A stretch of DNA of 64,000 bases from Rhina ancylostomus. Taxonomy: Eukaryota. A program made the translations under genes and the position numbers. The notes under the pieces were generated by a model. The model searched no databases and was not told where the DNA came from. It worked only from the letters and a program-made list of their open reading frames with translations. The stretch lies in assembly GCA_030265395.1 (NCBI GenBank), contig JARFYF010000012.1, positions 38,408,393 through 38,472,392 of the forward strand. Reading direction: 5' to 3'. Shown here in pieces: positions 1 to 14,069 of the stretch (its first letter is position 1; every line of letters begins with the position of its first letter).

Positions 1-314
1 TCCCTTGGCATCTGGACAGCAATAGCAGCCAGCACTGGAGGGAGCAGAGATGGAGATCTCCTAAATTTAGTAATATACAGACAGTCAATAGAATGAGCTT
101 GAAGCTGTTGTTATTGACTTATTGACATGACAAGGCAAGAGAAGCATGCTGGTAGGAAAAGATAACTTTGGGTCTATGGTTGTCAATCTGCATCTCCAGG
201 GTTTCCTCACCTTGTTCCAGCTGTGGTCCATTGACAGTAATTGATTGCAATGATTAGTCAATGCCTCCAGTACTGCAGTATCTAGTGACTTCCCCAGTTG
301 GTGGGAGGCAGACT

Positions 315-610
315 GGATGGACCTTCGTGTAGCGGTTAGCATAAAGCTTTACAGTGCCAGAGACCTGGGTTCAATTCTGGCCGCTGTCTTTAAGAAACTT
401 GTACGTTCTCCCCGTGTCTGCGGAGGTTTCCTATGGGTGCTCCAGTTTCCTCCCGCATCCCAAAGAAGTACGTGTTAGAAAGTTGTGGGCGTGCTCTGTT
501 GGTACTGGAAGTGTGGCGGCACTTGTGGGCTACCCCCCGAATACTCTACGCAAAAGATGGATATCACTGTGTGTTTTGATGTACATGTGACTAGTAAAGA
601 TCTTGTTATC
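315..610 (+). mobile_element. tRNA-derived V-SINE-type element
   Basis: A-box-like gtgtagcggttagc, B-box-like gggttcaattctgg, V-domain ttgtacgttctccccgtg...gggtgctccagtttcctccc, and tail gtacatgtgactagtaaa. Confidence 0.85.
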
Positions 611-1869
611 TAGCAATTCCTGTTTGTATGTTTTCTGGCTAATACTACAAGTCGAGGCTCTTTACTAGCAGTAAAGGATGAGCCCGAGTCTCCACTCACC
701 TAGAGCCTGTAATATGCTGCAATGAATGTTGTTAGTAATCATGCTCCCATGCTTGTGTTTGTGGTCCTATTTCAATCCTCTTCCCCATTTCTCACAAAGT
801 GTTGCCACCATACTGGGGTGTAATAGTACATGCTTATTGCTCCCTTTGCATGAGCCTTGAGTGTAAGCGATGTTGGATGTTTTGCCCTGAGGGCACTTGC
901 ACCTGTGCTTAATTGTCTGTGGCAGCATTCACCAATCTACTATACCAGGGTAACTTTCTTTTCTGAGACCTGGGGGCCAAAGTACAGCCAACCCACCCCA
1001 GTTCAACTAACTCAACTCAAGCTAAAAACTGAACTAAAAGTTACCTAGTCTATTTTGCTTTCTGGGCAAATGGGCTGAGGTATTGCTGCTCAGTGTGTGG
1101 ATTAATAACATTGCATTCTTAAAATGAATTTTGATATGGAAGTCTGTCAACATCCCTCTCCATGGGCCAGTTTTTAAGCCTTGCCTACTTTGCTAGATTG
1201 CATCAACTATTGATATATGGTTTATTGACTCAAAGCTTTGTGAAATATATCCCAGCACTTCACATAAATATGGTGCAAGGTTAAACATACAGACCCTTTT
1301 GAATGTATTGTGAAATTTCAGACAGCTCTATATTTTGTAATCAAGTCTTGTATTCAGTGGGTTGTGTAATACCAGATGACTGAATAATCTTTATTAGCAC
1401 ATCACATTTTTCCATTAGAGCAACATTCAGTGCATTCTTAAAGAAATAAAAATAATTGATAAATACTATCTTTGCGTGCACTTCAGGGATGCTAGGTTGT
1501 GTATGGGAGGAAAAATACAATTAAATGATATTCTGATGAACCTGCAAGAAATATTCATGAGGTCTGAAGACAGCTCCACATAAAATAGTTCCCAAAAGAT
1601 TTAGCTACACTATTACTATGATGTAACTGAACAGCAGAGCAAACTCAAGGGGCTGAAAGGCCTACTTCTGTTCTGACCTTTCTATTGCCCTGTGCTGGGA
1701 AACATTTTGCAGGGATGATCTTGGTTGTGATTTTCTTTAAAAGGTTAGATTTTTCATTCTGCAGGGGTGCTATTCTTTAACACTGGCGAGAGATTCTTCT
1801 CAAAGTGCCCTGCAGCTTATTCTTGTTCCGACTAAGTTACATTTGAGTCAGGTTCACCAATGCCTTGAT

Positions 1870-2180
1870 GTTAAGTTCTCCCCATGTTCTTGTCCCTCCG
1901 TGACCTTGTTCTGCCTCAGCTCTATAAACTACTCCAGGGTTCTAGACCTCTGTTCTTCCAGCTCCAACCTCTTGTGCAGTCACCACTCCCTTTGTTGTAC
2001 CGTTTGAGATCTGCATCTGCAAGGTTCATACCCTTTCCACTTTCCACCTCCCACTCCTTAAGATGTTCCCTAAAGAATCAAAATTACCAAGCTGTTGGTT
2101 CCCTAACATCCACCCTTGTCAATAATACTTCTGTGAAATGTGGGAATGATTCATGATGTTAAATGCAAATTGTTGTTTTA
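1870..2180 (+). mobile_element. Decayed L2-type LINE 3' end
   Basis: ccttaagatgttccct...tgtgaaatg...aaatgcaaattgttgtt tail, similar to the L2-like ends at ~24830-25050 and ~63130-63280. Confidence 0.45.
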
Positions 2181-2413
2181 CAGTGATGTCACTGAGGGTT
2201 ATGGGTGGTTGTTATCTACCTACCTTTGGGGAGATGCCAATTTCAGTTTGCTGAATCATGCAGTCTGTTTGGATTGATGTTATTTGTGCTTCAGGCAGCT
2301 ACCCCCAATTTGCATCACCTTCCACAGGTCTTGCAGCCTCTTGGGGTTCACTGTGTCTCATCAACCCAGTGTTTAATATTCCTGTGTTCCCCACAGTTTT
2401 TAAACTTCTGGAT

Positions 2414-2647
2414 CCATAAGACATGGGAGCAGAATTAGGCCATTCAGCCCATTGAGTCTGCTCCGCCATTTGATTGTGGCTGATTATAGTTTTCCCTCTC
2501 AACCTCATCCTCCTGCCTTCTCCCCTTTAGCTTTGACCTTTGACACCCTTACTAATCAAGAACCTATCAATCACCACTTTAAATATACCCAATGACTTGG
2601 CCTCCACAGCCGTCTGTGGCAATGAATTCAACAGATTCACCACTCTC
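2414..2647 (-). mobile_element. CR1 LINE 3' end fragment (runs into gap)
   Basis: Minus-strand translation RVVNLLNSLPQTAVEAKSLGIFKVVIDRFL is the CR1 ORF2 C-terminal motif; near-identical to 4191-4415. Confidence 0.9.
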
Positions 2648-4190
2648 NNNNNNNNNNNNNNNNNNNNNNNNNNNNNNNNNNNNNNNNNNNNNNNNNNNNN
2701 NNNNNNNNNNNNNNNNNNNNNNNNNNNNNNNNNNNNNNNNNNNNNNNTCCAATTGTGCTTGTGATCTGCATTTACCTGCCAGGATCTGACAGTGCAGGTA
2801 TGTACTTGTTCTGATATAAAATGTGTGCAAACATCATGCAAGGTGCATCTTAGGACAGTGGTACTGAGGACCATGCAGGGCAGCAGGATCCCAGATTCCA
2901 TTCCCGGTCTGGGCCGAGGCAGCTGACCTCATCTTGTGGTCCTGACACTCACCATCAGGAAGGACCCAGGTTCTACCCCAGCCTGTTGGATACTACAGAA
3001 TGGGACACACACATTGAACTACCTTGGTGGGTGTGAACCAGTGTTGTGGATGAACTCATTCAGTGCACCATACTGAATGAAAAATGGTAATGACAGTGAG
3101 TTATTATCTCACAGAGTTTGTTGTTCTTCAAGGCACTGGAATTATATCCTGTGGTGAAGAATGTCTGGATGTATCTGTTCAGAAAGGTGGGAATACGGTG
3201 AGTTGACAGGTCAGCTGATACTGGGACAAGCTGTGTTGTACTTTGTTCAAACCATGAATCAATCACATCAACACTTTTCAAATGTTCTCCTGGTCTGGAA
3301 ATTGTTCCTTTAGGTTGGTAAACGGTGCTTGTTGTCCTGTTGTTGGCGGGAGGAAGGGATGAAAACCTGGGAGTTATGGAACAGTTAGCCTATGTATGTG
3401 GGAATAACCAGTCTTTACTTGTGCATCATGGCTGAACATTCAGCTGATCAGAGAGCCAGCAGGGATTTGTAAATGGTTGGTCATGGCTGCTGCATTTGAT
3501 TGGATGTTCTGAAAGGACAACCATCCTGGGGTATCACTGATCTGGACGTCCACAAGTCATGAGTCCAGCTCTCTCATGGCTCATGGATCATCTAACCAAA
3601 GCTCATGGAATTGGAGGGAATTTATTACCCTGGAGCAAAAACCAAACTGCTGGAAGAACTCAGCAGGTCAGACAGGATCTGTGAAGGTAGACGAATGGTC
3701 CCCGTTCCAGGATGAGACCCCACTTCACTCACTGTTTTACAAAACTCATGTTGCAGCTTCCATCTTCCATCCCAGGGGATCAAAGGATATTGGGGAGAAC
3801 ATTCCCGATGCCTGAACTATCATCTTCCAACTTCCCTTCAATTGGTCGTCCAGGGAATTCTCGCCTTCATTTTGTGACCTTCCTCCCTGATGGGAACTGA
3901 CCCAGACAGCAGCTGAAACATCTCCACCTCGAAGGCCTCCTGTTGCTGCATCATGGTTTTGCCTGCCAGTTTGTGCTGGACCCACCCCATTGAAATGGAT
4001 CTTCTCCATGTCTTGTGACAGGGGAGTCCGGCACATTGTCTGTCGGGTGGGATTCATCCAGGGCCACTGTGCCAGTGTGTTGCATGACCCGTCTGTGGGA
4101 CTGATCTCACAGTGAGTTCCCCAGTGCTCAGGTGTTTGTGGGGAGCATTTTGCAAGGTCAACTGGGCTGGGAGCAACTTTGTTGTAATAC

Positions 4191-4905
4191 CATAAGGCAG
4201 AGGAGCATAATTATGCCATTCTGCCCATCAAATCTGCTCTGCCATTTGATCACAGCTGATTTATTTTCCCCTCTCAACCCCATTCTCCTGCCTACTCCCT
4301 GTGGCCTTTGACACCCTTACCAATCAAGAACCTATCAACCTCCGCTGTAAATACACCAATGACTTGGCCTCCACAGCTGTCTGTGGCAATGAATTCAACA
4401 GATTCACCACTCTCTGGCTAAAGAAATTCCTCCTCATCTGTTCTAAAGAGTTGTCCTATTCTGAGGCTGTACCCTCTGGTCCTAGACTCTCCCACTATTG
4501 GAAACACTCCCCACGTTCACCCTATCCAGGCCTTTCAATATTGGGTAGGTTTCAATGAGATTCCACCCCCCCCACCCCCCCCATCTTCTAAACTCCAGTG
4601 AGATCAGGCCCAGAGCTATCAAACTCTCCTTGTATGTTAACCTTTCCCTACCTGGGATCATTCTCTTAACCCTCCTCTGGACCATCTCCAATACCAGCAC
4701 ATCCTTCCTTGGATAAAAGGACCAAAACTGCTCTCAATTTTACCAAATGTGGTCTGACTAATGCCTGATAGAGGCTCTGCATTACATCCTTGCTTTTATC
4801 TTCTAGTCCTCTCGAAATGAATGTTGGCATTTGCATTTACCTTCCTTACTACTGACTAGACCTGCAAGTTAACCTTTAGGAAATCCTGTACTGGGACTCC
4901 AAGTC
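4191..4905 (-). mobile_element. CR1 LINE 3' fragment
   Basis: Minus ORF LEMVQRRVKRMIPG...LGLISLEFRR...NLIETYPILKGLDRV matches the CR1 ORF2 tail, followed by a typical 3' UTR. Confidence 0.92.
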
Positions 4906-5749
4906 CCAAATCCACCCAACACTTCAAAGCAAAAGCACAAGTTGGAAGCAATCACAAAGTGCCCTTGATTCTGGCATTCTGTAAGCCAGCTCCTCGTATT
5001 AGCAATTAAAATAGTTTGTGCTTTCAATTGATTGTACCTTCGAATTATGCAAGGGCTACAATAAAAAACATTTTAATATTTTCCATGCACTGTTTATCTT
5101 GCACTACATCAGATTTACTCCCCAGTGCTTTTGATTTATTCAGCGCAGTAATTAGTGCCTGTATAATTTATAGTGCAGGATAAATATGCTGGTACTGTGT
5201 GCATTGAAATTGCTTTATTGTAAAATTAAGGTTTAAATAAGGAATAATACATTTTGGAAGATTCAGAATTAACCCTTGTAAATGTTGTATGCCAGGTTTA
5301 TTGTGTGTGGGCAAATTTTCACTCTGAATTCTATTTTGCCACACTATATTAATGAAGAACACAGTGTCCATGAATTCTCATCTCCCTTCAAATCAGAAAT
5401 ATAAATTTATCCTAATCCGCTCTCATTGTATCCCAGGAAGTGAAGTGTTGCAAGATGGGAACTAGTTTTACCTACTTGTACCTACGCTGTCAGCCAAATG
5501 ACCTATTCAAAAAGCCCCTTGGCAGAATTTAACTTTGCATAAAAGCCCTGGGCTGGGTAAATCTTTCTTCCTGCAAACAACTGAATGGCAATGGTCTATA
5601 TTATGTCTATGACCAATCATTTTCTGTGACCTTCATGATCAACTNNNNNNNNNNNNNNNNNNNNNNNNNNNNNNNNNNNNNNNNNNNNNNNNNNNNNNNN
5701 NNNNNNNNNNNNNNNNNNNNNNNNNNNNNNNNNNNNNNNNNNNNGCGCG

Positions 5750-5751
<2 letters not shown>

Positions 5752-5820
<69 letters not shown>
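5752..5820. repeat. (CA)n microsatellite
   Basis: Perfect CA run of about 34 units next to an assembly gap. Confidence 0.98.
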
Positions 5821-5822
<2 letters not shown>

Positions 5823-5867
5823 TTTTATTTTAAAAGTTTAAATAGAAGAATAGCATTTTCTGGAGAC

Positions 5868-6135
5868 CCAGAAGCTCTTGGAGCTGATGTAGGTCAGCAA
5901 GTTGGGCAGCATCTGTGTAGAAAGAAACAGGGTTGATGTTTTGGGTTGGTTAAGTTACATCAGAACTGTTCTGAGCTCAAGTCTTGTTTCAAGCTAATGA
6001 CCTTGCATCCTTCATTCTGCTTCCTTCTCCAGGGATACTGCCTGGCCTGCTGACTACTTCCAGAATTTTGTGTTTTTAATTTGGGTTCTTGGGTTCCTTG
6101 TGTTTTTAATTTGGGTTCTTGGGTTCCCAGTTTCT
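5868..6135. mobile_element. Old fold-back element built from two Penelope-type termini, with a 30-bp tandem duplication (6068-6127)
   Basis: cagcaagttgggcagcatctg on the left arm and gatactgcctggcctgctga on the right arm, centred near catcagaactgttctga. ttgtgtttttaatttgggttcttgggttcc occurs twice. Confidence 0.6.
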
Positions 6136-9100
6136 ATAACGGTTTGTTTTTGTGGGTCAACAAGAACGTTGGTTGTTATTGTTTGGCTATTGAACTCCAT
6201 TTCATAACGTCCATAAAATGTAGCCAACTTTGACAATGTTTCACTTTATAAAAATGAACACCAATTCCCTAACATTTGGGGCCCAGAGATGTGGGGCTGG
6301 TCTGTGGCTGTTCAGGGCCCAGAGGGGAGTGGGGTAGATTTTAGAGGACTCTTCAAAATTTTATGCATGAATTCAATGCTTTCAGTTTAAACTGTTAAAT
6401 ATGTGTATTTTTATTGGTGTAACATTACATGTTAATTCATAAATTAGGATGGCAACTGGAATAATATTGAATAAATTAGCAATTTGATTAATTCACACTG
6501 AATGCATTTGAATCAGTTGCATTGAAGTGAAGTAGCTTTTGATTTGAATTCAGTGAATCAGTTTGTTGTAATTTATTTGCACCAATCAGAAAAGTGAATT
6601 TCCCCCAGTATCTCAGATAAACTTAACATCAGTTAAGCATTTAAAGTGTGATGTTCTATATTTTAATTACACTTGTGCACTGTATTGACGCATTACAGTA
6701 AATTTAAGTTATTTACAGTGGTACCCAAGCAAGATTCTGCAAGCTCTTTGTGCCCATGTGTCTTGTGTATTTCCTTTACTGATGATTTTAGAAATCCCAT
6801 GATTTCTAATTTGTAAAAATGTGGAGGAGGGGGGGTTGTGAGGGGGGGAGGGTGGGGAAGGAAAATGGATTTAAATCAAGCTATCAATTGCATTCCTTTC
6901 TGACATTGCAAAACTAATAAAAATTCCATTTGGGTAGCAGCAATTGGGTTACTTTATAAGGAAAAAACCTTGCCTTTGGCTACTCCTTCCTCTGAACATA
7001 TAATACATTTTTTTTGCTTTGGGGAATATTAATGACAATAGTGCTGTAGTATGTGATATTATTACTCAGACACATACACTGACTCATTGCAGCCTGCGTG
7101 TCATTACTTGTTCTGAAAGTGGAGCACTCTGCTAAGGATTTTGTTTTGTGAGTAAAAACAAATTATGATTTTTAGGAAGAATTATTTTGTTCAGACTTGC
7201 TTTCACTGTCTTGGCAAAGCTTGCATGTGTTTCTTTTCTTTCCCCCCTTGCTGGTACTGATAAGTGCCTTAATTTAGGAAGCATACATGACCATCATTCT
7301 GTTCTGAGGAATTTTCCGAGCAGAATCTGCTGGTTTTTGTATGCTTTGGGAATGCACTGCAGAAATTGTGGACTTTCGCAAACTGAACAATGAATTGATG
7401 GTCTACAAGTGGTTGGTTGATATAATAAATGAACATAAGTAGAGAATTCTCAACATCAAACAAGGTATAAATAATTCTATCATGTGTTATTTACAGCAAA
7501 GGGAATAGGCACATTGTGTTTAATAATTCATTAAAATTCTATTAACTTATAAATCACAATTTTAATATGAAGAAATGATCTAAAACTCCTTATTAAATTG
7601 AATTACGTAGTGAAATGAATGTCGTATGCTGCAAAATACCATTTTATTTATTGCTTGTATCTCATTGCACCAACTCAGTTTGTCCTTGAGATTATTAAAC
7701 TGTAATGCTTATTTATACAGCCTTAAAATAGGTCAGGAAACAATTATAGGCAAATCTGGGTAGTTAATCCAGAGATCAGAACGAAATATTTTTGAAATGT
7801 TTGCTTGAGACTGAATAAATCTCAGGTTGTGTATAAAGTGGGGTCGGGGCAATGCGGGGAGTGAGCCAGAAGTTTCAGCATGTGCTTCCAGACCTATATG
7901 GGTGCATGCCATTCTGGAGATCCACTGTTTGCAGCAGCCTTCCAATCTGACGCATGAACATCCAGACTATTCCCAGAGTTGAAACCTGCCCCATTTGGTG
8001 CACTTGTTCCTTTGCAAGTGGAAGAACATTTAATGGTCTTGGCAAGTAAGGTTGGAATGTACACAGGGACTGGATTTAATCCTTAATTTTTTTTTGGAAT
8101 GGCAGTCCAAGGCATTTCTAGTGCCAGTATTTCTTGTGTGGTAAGCATTAGATGTCAGCCTTTGGCTCAGTCCATCATACAATTGTCTTGTGAAGCTCAT
8201 GGCTTCAGGCTCATTTCAGGAGAGTTAAGCTCAGAATCCCAGGCTGACATTCCCGCACTGCCAGAGGTGATAGGGTGGAAATTTGTCGCATGCTAAAGGT
8301 GCAATATGGTGGTTGTGGTGTGTCTCGTTCTGCTTCTGCAGTTTGGTTCCATTGATGTCAAATGAATTGAACAAGTGGAGTGTGTCCCAGCAGCTGCGAT
8401 TTTGTTTTTCTTCGTGCACATTTAACACAAGTGACCAAGGTATTTGGGATGAATCATTGCCTTCTCAGTTGGATATAAAAGATCTCATGGTATTGATTTT
8501 TTTTAAGGAAGAAAAAGAAGCCAGAGGAATCCTCCACTGAGTCCTGGCCAACTTGCATCACTAAAAAGAATACATTAGCCTAGACATTAATTCAATGCAG
8601 CCTTCCTGAAGTTCAAGTATTGCTGAAATAGAATATAATTGCAACCATTTCATAGTCACCAATCTGACATTGACAAGGTACTTCTGCTCATGACTTGTCC
8701 TTGTGCCAATGGTGGGGTTTCCACATTAGTTGCACACAGGATGACATTGATCCCCATGCAGGATTGTGATGGAAATTGGGTTGCCCATCCCATGTTACTT
8801 CTAAACAAACCACTTGGGCTGCTCGCTCTGTAGTAGTGCTATTCACGTGGAACCCAATTTGGCTATGTCCTCTGTTAGTGTTTCTCACTTAGTTCACACA
8901 CCTCTGTTCCCCAGCCTAAACACCACTCCTAACAACAGTTAACCTCTATTCCTCTGTGAGACAGTAGCACTTCCTGAGTTGATCTCTGGACACTCTGCNN
9001 NNNNNNNNNNNNNNNNNNNNNNNNNNNNNNNNNNNNNNNNNNNNNNNNNNNNNNNNNNNNNNNNNNNNNNNNNNNNNNNNNNNNNNNNNNNNNNNNNNNN

Positions 9101-9199
9101 NNNNNNNNNNNNNNNNNNNNNNNNNNNNNNNNNNNNNNNNNNNNNNNNNNNNNNNCACCCTGAACTCCTGTAACCTGGTCCTGGGCTTCAAATCTCCTT

Positions 9200-9500
9200 G
9201 GAGCATAAAGGGAGGCCATTGAGCCCTTTTTTGAGTTTATTCCAGTTCTCGTAGAGCAATCCCATTCCCCCACTTATTTCCTCTTCTCTCTCGCGTGCCC
9301 ATTAACACCCTCCAGATTTTCCCGCCACCCATCGACATTGAGAGCAATTTGCAGTTGCTAATTAACCTACCCACTGACACAGCCTGTGGGAGGGAAGGGG
9401 CAAACCCACAGAGTCACAGTGAGGATGCACCCTGCGGTCAGAATCAAACCCCAGGTCGCTGGAGCTGTGAGACGACTGCACTACTTGAAGCACCACTGTG
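9200..9500 (-). mobile_element. Decayed V-SINE/HE1-like SINE
   Basis: gagagcaatttgcagttgctaattaacctac...gaatcaaaccccaggtcgctggagctgtgag, homologous to 10325-10515. Confidence 0.65.
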
Positions 9501-10279
9501 TCACTACAGAGTGTGTGAGGGAAAGCACACAACAGATTATCAGGAGTGCCTGATGACTTGCACCTTGGGTATGACCACATTATTCTGTGGTTGTCATGTA
9601 GCTGGAATGGTGGCTGTTGTGTTGCATAATAATCCTTTAGCATGATATTAAACATGCTGTTCAATTTCTGGGCCTTTATCTGGTTATGTATCACTTTGCT
9701 ATTCATAAGAGTTTGCTATGCAGACTCTGGCTCGGCATTTTCCTATTTTGAAACAGTGACCACAACATTCCAGAAGTACTTAACTGGCTGAACACTGAGG
9801 ACTGTTGTGAAAGGTGCTGTTTAAGTGAATGAAAGTATTTCTCCCTAATAAATATAAAAGATGGAATGAGATGCCAACGAGTGCCTGAAAAATACCCATA
9901 GCCTTTACTTTCAATGTATTGCGTCCCTAGGGAATGTGTCTGCGTGCAATCTAGTATAACTAGCATGTACCTCAAGCCAACTAACGTGTTCCAAGTGTTG
10001 GGAACTTGTTTGAAAGCATTGAAGACCTATGGAGTTTTCCTTTCACTTGCGGCTTATCGACGAAACTGAAGCGAGTTCTCATANNNNNNNNNNNNNNNNN
10101 NNNNNNNNNNNNNNNNNNNNNNNNNNNNNNNNNNNNNNNNNNNNNNNNNNNNNNNNNNNNNNNNNNNNNNNNNNNNNNNNNNNNNNNNNNTTCGACCTAA
10201 ATTGTTGACGGTTCCTATTGCCCCCATTGGTGCTGCTCAACTGCTGAGTTCTTCCAGAAGATTGTTTGATGCTCCTGTT

Positions 10280-10515
10280 CCCCTGTGATCTATTCTCCCA
10301 GCAGATTCTACCCTTCACCTATAGATCAGGGGCAATTTACAGCAACTATTTAACTAACCAACCAACCTGCACATTTTTAGGATGTGGGAGGAAAATGGGA
10401 AAGCCCACAAGGAGCAAGTGCAAACTCCACACATACAGCACCGGAGGTCAGGATTGAACCCGGGTCACTGGAGCTGTGAGGCAGCAGCTCTACTAGCTGC
10501 ACCCAGTGTGCTGCC
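10280..10515 (-). mobile_element. V-SINE/HE1-like SINE
   Basis: Reverse-complement tRNA head caggattgaacccgggtcactggagctgtgaggcagcagctctac and V-domain ggatgtgggaggaaa...tgcaaactccacac. Confidence 0.85.
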
Positions 10516-12709
10516 TTCAGTGAAATAGTTAATAGCAATCTGTAATGCAAGAACTTTATTTGGACAAAAGCTGTGCTCTCAAAGTCCATACTGATGAAAT
10601 TCTGATACAAGATGTGGTTTGTAGCTGTCAAACTGCAGGATCAATTCCAGACTGTGATCACCAGGATTGATAATCAGAACCACAGGCTTATCTCATCAAT
10701 GCAAAACAGATCAATTTTCCCAAAATAAAACTTTGCATAAGTTATCTGGCTCCTCCACTATGCAGACCTCTCGAGTAGATCATTCATATCTCTTTATTAA
10801 GAAATGTTATTTATCATACACAGCCCATGGTTAAGTGTAACTGACTGAGCCTTGGATTACAAATGCACCTCAGGTTTTTTAATTAAGGGGTAAGGTATTT
10901 AGATAGAAGGTCAAGCCAGCTTCTGCTCAATCCTTTCTACTGGCACAGTGTTGAGATCATGGGATTGTCACATGTTCAGACAAAAGTTCAAAGAAGCAAA
11001 ATGTGAACTTTTCCAGCAGTTCCAGAAATTTCAGTGGAAGTTAACTCATGGTTAAGTGGAGTTATTTTCGCAACCCTTTCATCGGATTCATCCTGCAGAA
11101 ATATTGTCAACATACTGGAGAAGTTTCTGATTATATTTATAATTTTGCTGTAATCCAGATTGTGGCCAGGCTGTGGGGGACACTTCATGGGAGGAGAGAA
11201 GGAAGTCGAGTTCTCTTACCTTTTTGGAACTTGATGAATTATTTCTTAAAGATAAATGCAAGTTGTGCATGTACTTGGTGTACAGTACTTAGTGTCTTAT
11301 TTTGTATACACAGGAGAAATGTGTTATTCTGTTATTACTTAGTGGAGTTTTAATCAGGAAAGATCACTTCTTAATGTTTTGTGTTACATGCAGCAATAAA
11401 AGCACCATATGTTGTAAATTGTCTTTGGTTATTTGGCATTCAGCTATAACAACGGTGCAGAAACATTGATTTAGGCTTTGATATTAAGCTATTCAGTTCT
11501 CAGAAAAAATACAAGATCATTTCTTTGTGGTACAATGCAGAAATGCATTATAAAGAGATTACTGTGCTATTTATAGAAACAAAAAGCACACATAACATAA
11601 CCCATTTAAAACAATGTTTGTCCTTTTCCTCCTTGGGGGAATAAAATCAATTCTGTTTGTGAATAATGGCGTGGCTACTTAAAAAGAAATTAGTGGCTCC
11701 AGATGAAACTTTTAGTAATGATTTTTGGCACAAGGTGTAATTGCTTTATTGTTTTTATATGGTGGGAGTTTACACCAGATATCTAAATTGCCTCTTGCAG
11801 TATTTCAAAGCACTAAATCATGCTTTCCTTTTCAGCAACCCAGAGATGATAGAATAAAAGATTAGAGGAGAATATCAGTCCAGAGAGTCCTTGTCATGTT
11901 TCAGTTTTGCAGGAATTCAGCACTTTTTTTTAAAGACACCAGACAATTCACTGCAGAATTGGACCCAGGTATTTTGCACAAAGCAGTTGAAACTTTGACT
12001 TAAAAATAGATGGCGGCTTGAAGCAGTTGAAATACGATATCTGTCAACTCCTCATTATAGCCTTTATAGACGCCAGAGAGGGCATGTTTACTTTCTGCTT
12101 GTGTAGGATACCAAATTGTTCATAGTGTTGTACTTTAAAAACACACAAATTGGGAGAACACTTCCTGATGATACCGTGCACTGAAATATTAGTTCAGGTT
12201 TATTTGTAGTATGAAAACTTCCCACCCCTAAGATTAATTTGTGTTTTGCTCAGTTCAGTTAGGTCTGTGATTGTGAGTTTGAGCCTGTAACAAATTGAAC
12301 AATGCTCCATAATCAAATTACGGTAAGTTTTAGTGACTGGGTCGCTGGGTTTGTTGGTTCAGTGTGTTACAGTGATATTCAAGCTGAAATAGTAGACCAT
12401 TGTTTGATGTTCTGTGTCCCTGCTATCTTAATAGACCTTCAGCTGTCATTCTGCAATTAGTCCATATGTTTTATAACTCAACTTTTAATAATCCATACTA
12501 GGTGATGGGGGTCTGTTGGCTGGAGGGGTGAGTGCGGGGAATGATGAAGCAAATCTAAAACTGTTAAATTCTGCAGGAATTTAAGAATCACGTGGTCTAT
12601 GTTTGGCCATTGAATAGTTCACTGTAAAAGGTGCTAAACAGCATCCAAGTCTGCCACAGGTTTGTACCTCTCCTTTCTCCCCCATTTCTATATAAAATGT
12701 AGCCACCAA

Positions 12710-13090
12710 AGGAATAGGAGTAGCCAGTTGGCCATCAGACCTATTCCACTATTCTATCAGAGCATGGCTGAATTCATTTCTTTTACTCCCATTATCCCCC
12801 TTTGCAGCTGATTTCCCCATGTCTTTACCAAACAAGAATTTTTCTTCATCAATCTTGAAAGTTTCAATTGTCCGCTGGCATCCACAGACCTCTGGAGAGG
12901 GGAGAGCAGAATTCTAGCGCCTTCTGTTGGGAAAGTGTGCTTCCTTGCTTCACTCCTGAAGTGACCTGCATAGCTTTTGATCTTAAGATTATTTCCTATC
13001 AATTTTGATTTCCACCTCCCCTCCTCCCACCCCATGGGATTAGATCTGCCTCATCAAATGCATTTAACAAGTCTACCTTAACGATTAGAT
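12710..13090 (-). mobile_element. Decayed CR1 3' end
   Basis: ggaataggagtagcc...gcatccacagacctctggagaggggagagcagaattc...gcttccttgcttcactcctgaa pattern shared with the other CR1 tails. Confidence 0.6.
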
Positions 13091-13129
13091 CCAACCTTCC
13101 AAACTCGGCTTACTCCATCATCGCTTGCA

Positions 13130-13465
13130 TATCAGCGAGCTCCTTGAGAAACCGTAACGTTCCTACGAGGTCCTGCAAATCTCTCCACCCTGACTACTCA
13201 AAGAGGGGAAGCTGCATTTGGAATGGTGTTGAGAAGCTCCAGTCCGTGCATGAGGAGCACCTGGAGGCTCCATCTGACCAGTGGATAGAGCACGCCCCCT
13301 CACAAACCACCCACCCACTTGTCTGGTCAGCCAGCATCTGCCCCAGCTGTGAAAGAGTGCACTCTTTCCAACACTCATCAGCCATCTCAGAACCCACAAA
13401 ACTGGACTGGAAGGTGCTCATCCTCAATTCCAAAGAATTACCTTGGAAGAAGACTGGGCATTAAA
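13130..13465 (+). mobile_element. RTE-type LINE 3' fragment
   Basis: C-terminal zinc-finger remnant CPSCERV, then frameshifted LISHLRTH (ctcatcagccatctcagaacccac), typical of RTE ORF ends. Confidence 0.7.
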
Positions 13466-14069
13466 GTAAAGTGTCCATGGATGTAGAAATATCTTTTAAA
13501 TAACTTTAAGTTCATGGTTTTGGGACCTCTGGCACAAGCACTTCTCCTTATTTGCATCCATTGATTCAGCTATCCTCTCGCATGTAGACTGACACTCGTA
13601 TTATTAAGATAAGGGGTGCTTAATTTTTCAAAGTGTTGTTGTTTGGCGGAAAAGTTAAATCAGAGTCCTCTTCCCTGTTCCTATGATGCATATGGACAAT
13701 AATTTGCATTTAAGTAATACCTTCCAAGCCCCTATGCAATTCAAAATAGCCAGAGTAAACAAAAAAGATAATTGAAGGTGTGATTAAGAGTTCAGTCAAA
13801 CAGAGCCAGGTATTATAAGAAACAAGTGATGCACAGTATCTGAAACAAAAACAGAAAATGCTGGAAACGGCAGATCAGAGAAAGATAAACGGTTAATATT
13901 TCAGGTTGAAGACCCTTTGTCAAAATTTATAACATGCAGGTATTGTTATGAGAGGTAGAATGAGTGGTGGAACAGTTCAAGTGGGAATTCCAGAATGTGT
14001 TTTCAAGGTCAGGGTTAAAAAAAACAGCATTTCAGTATTTTCTGTTTTTATTTGCATTTATGTTCCACT

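Noticed and set aside
315-390. tRNA gene
   Set aside because: The A/B boxes belong to a SINE head; no full cloverleaf, and the SINE body follows.
3050-4180. Possible decayed LTR-retrotransposon coding sequence
   Set aside because: Composition looks repeat-derived, but I could not identify any diagnostic motif.
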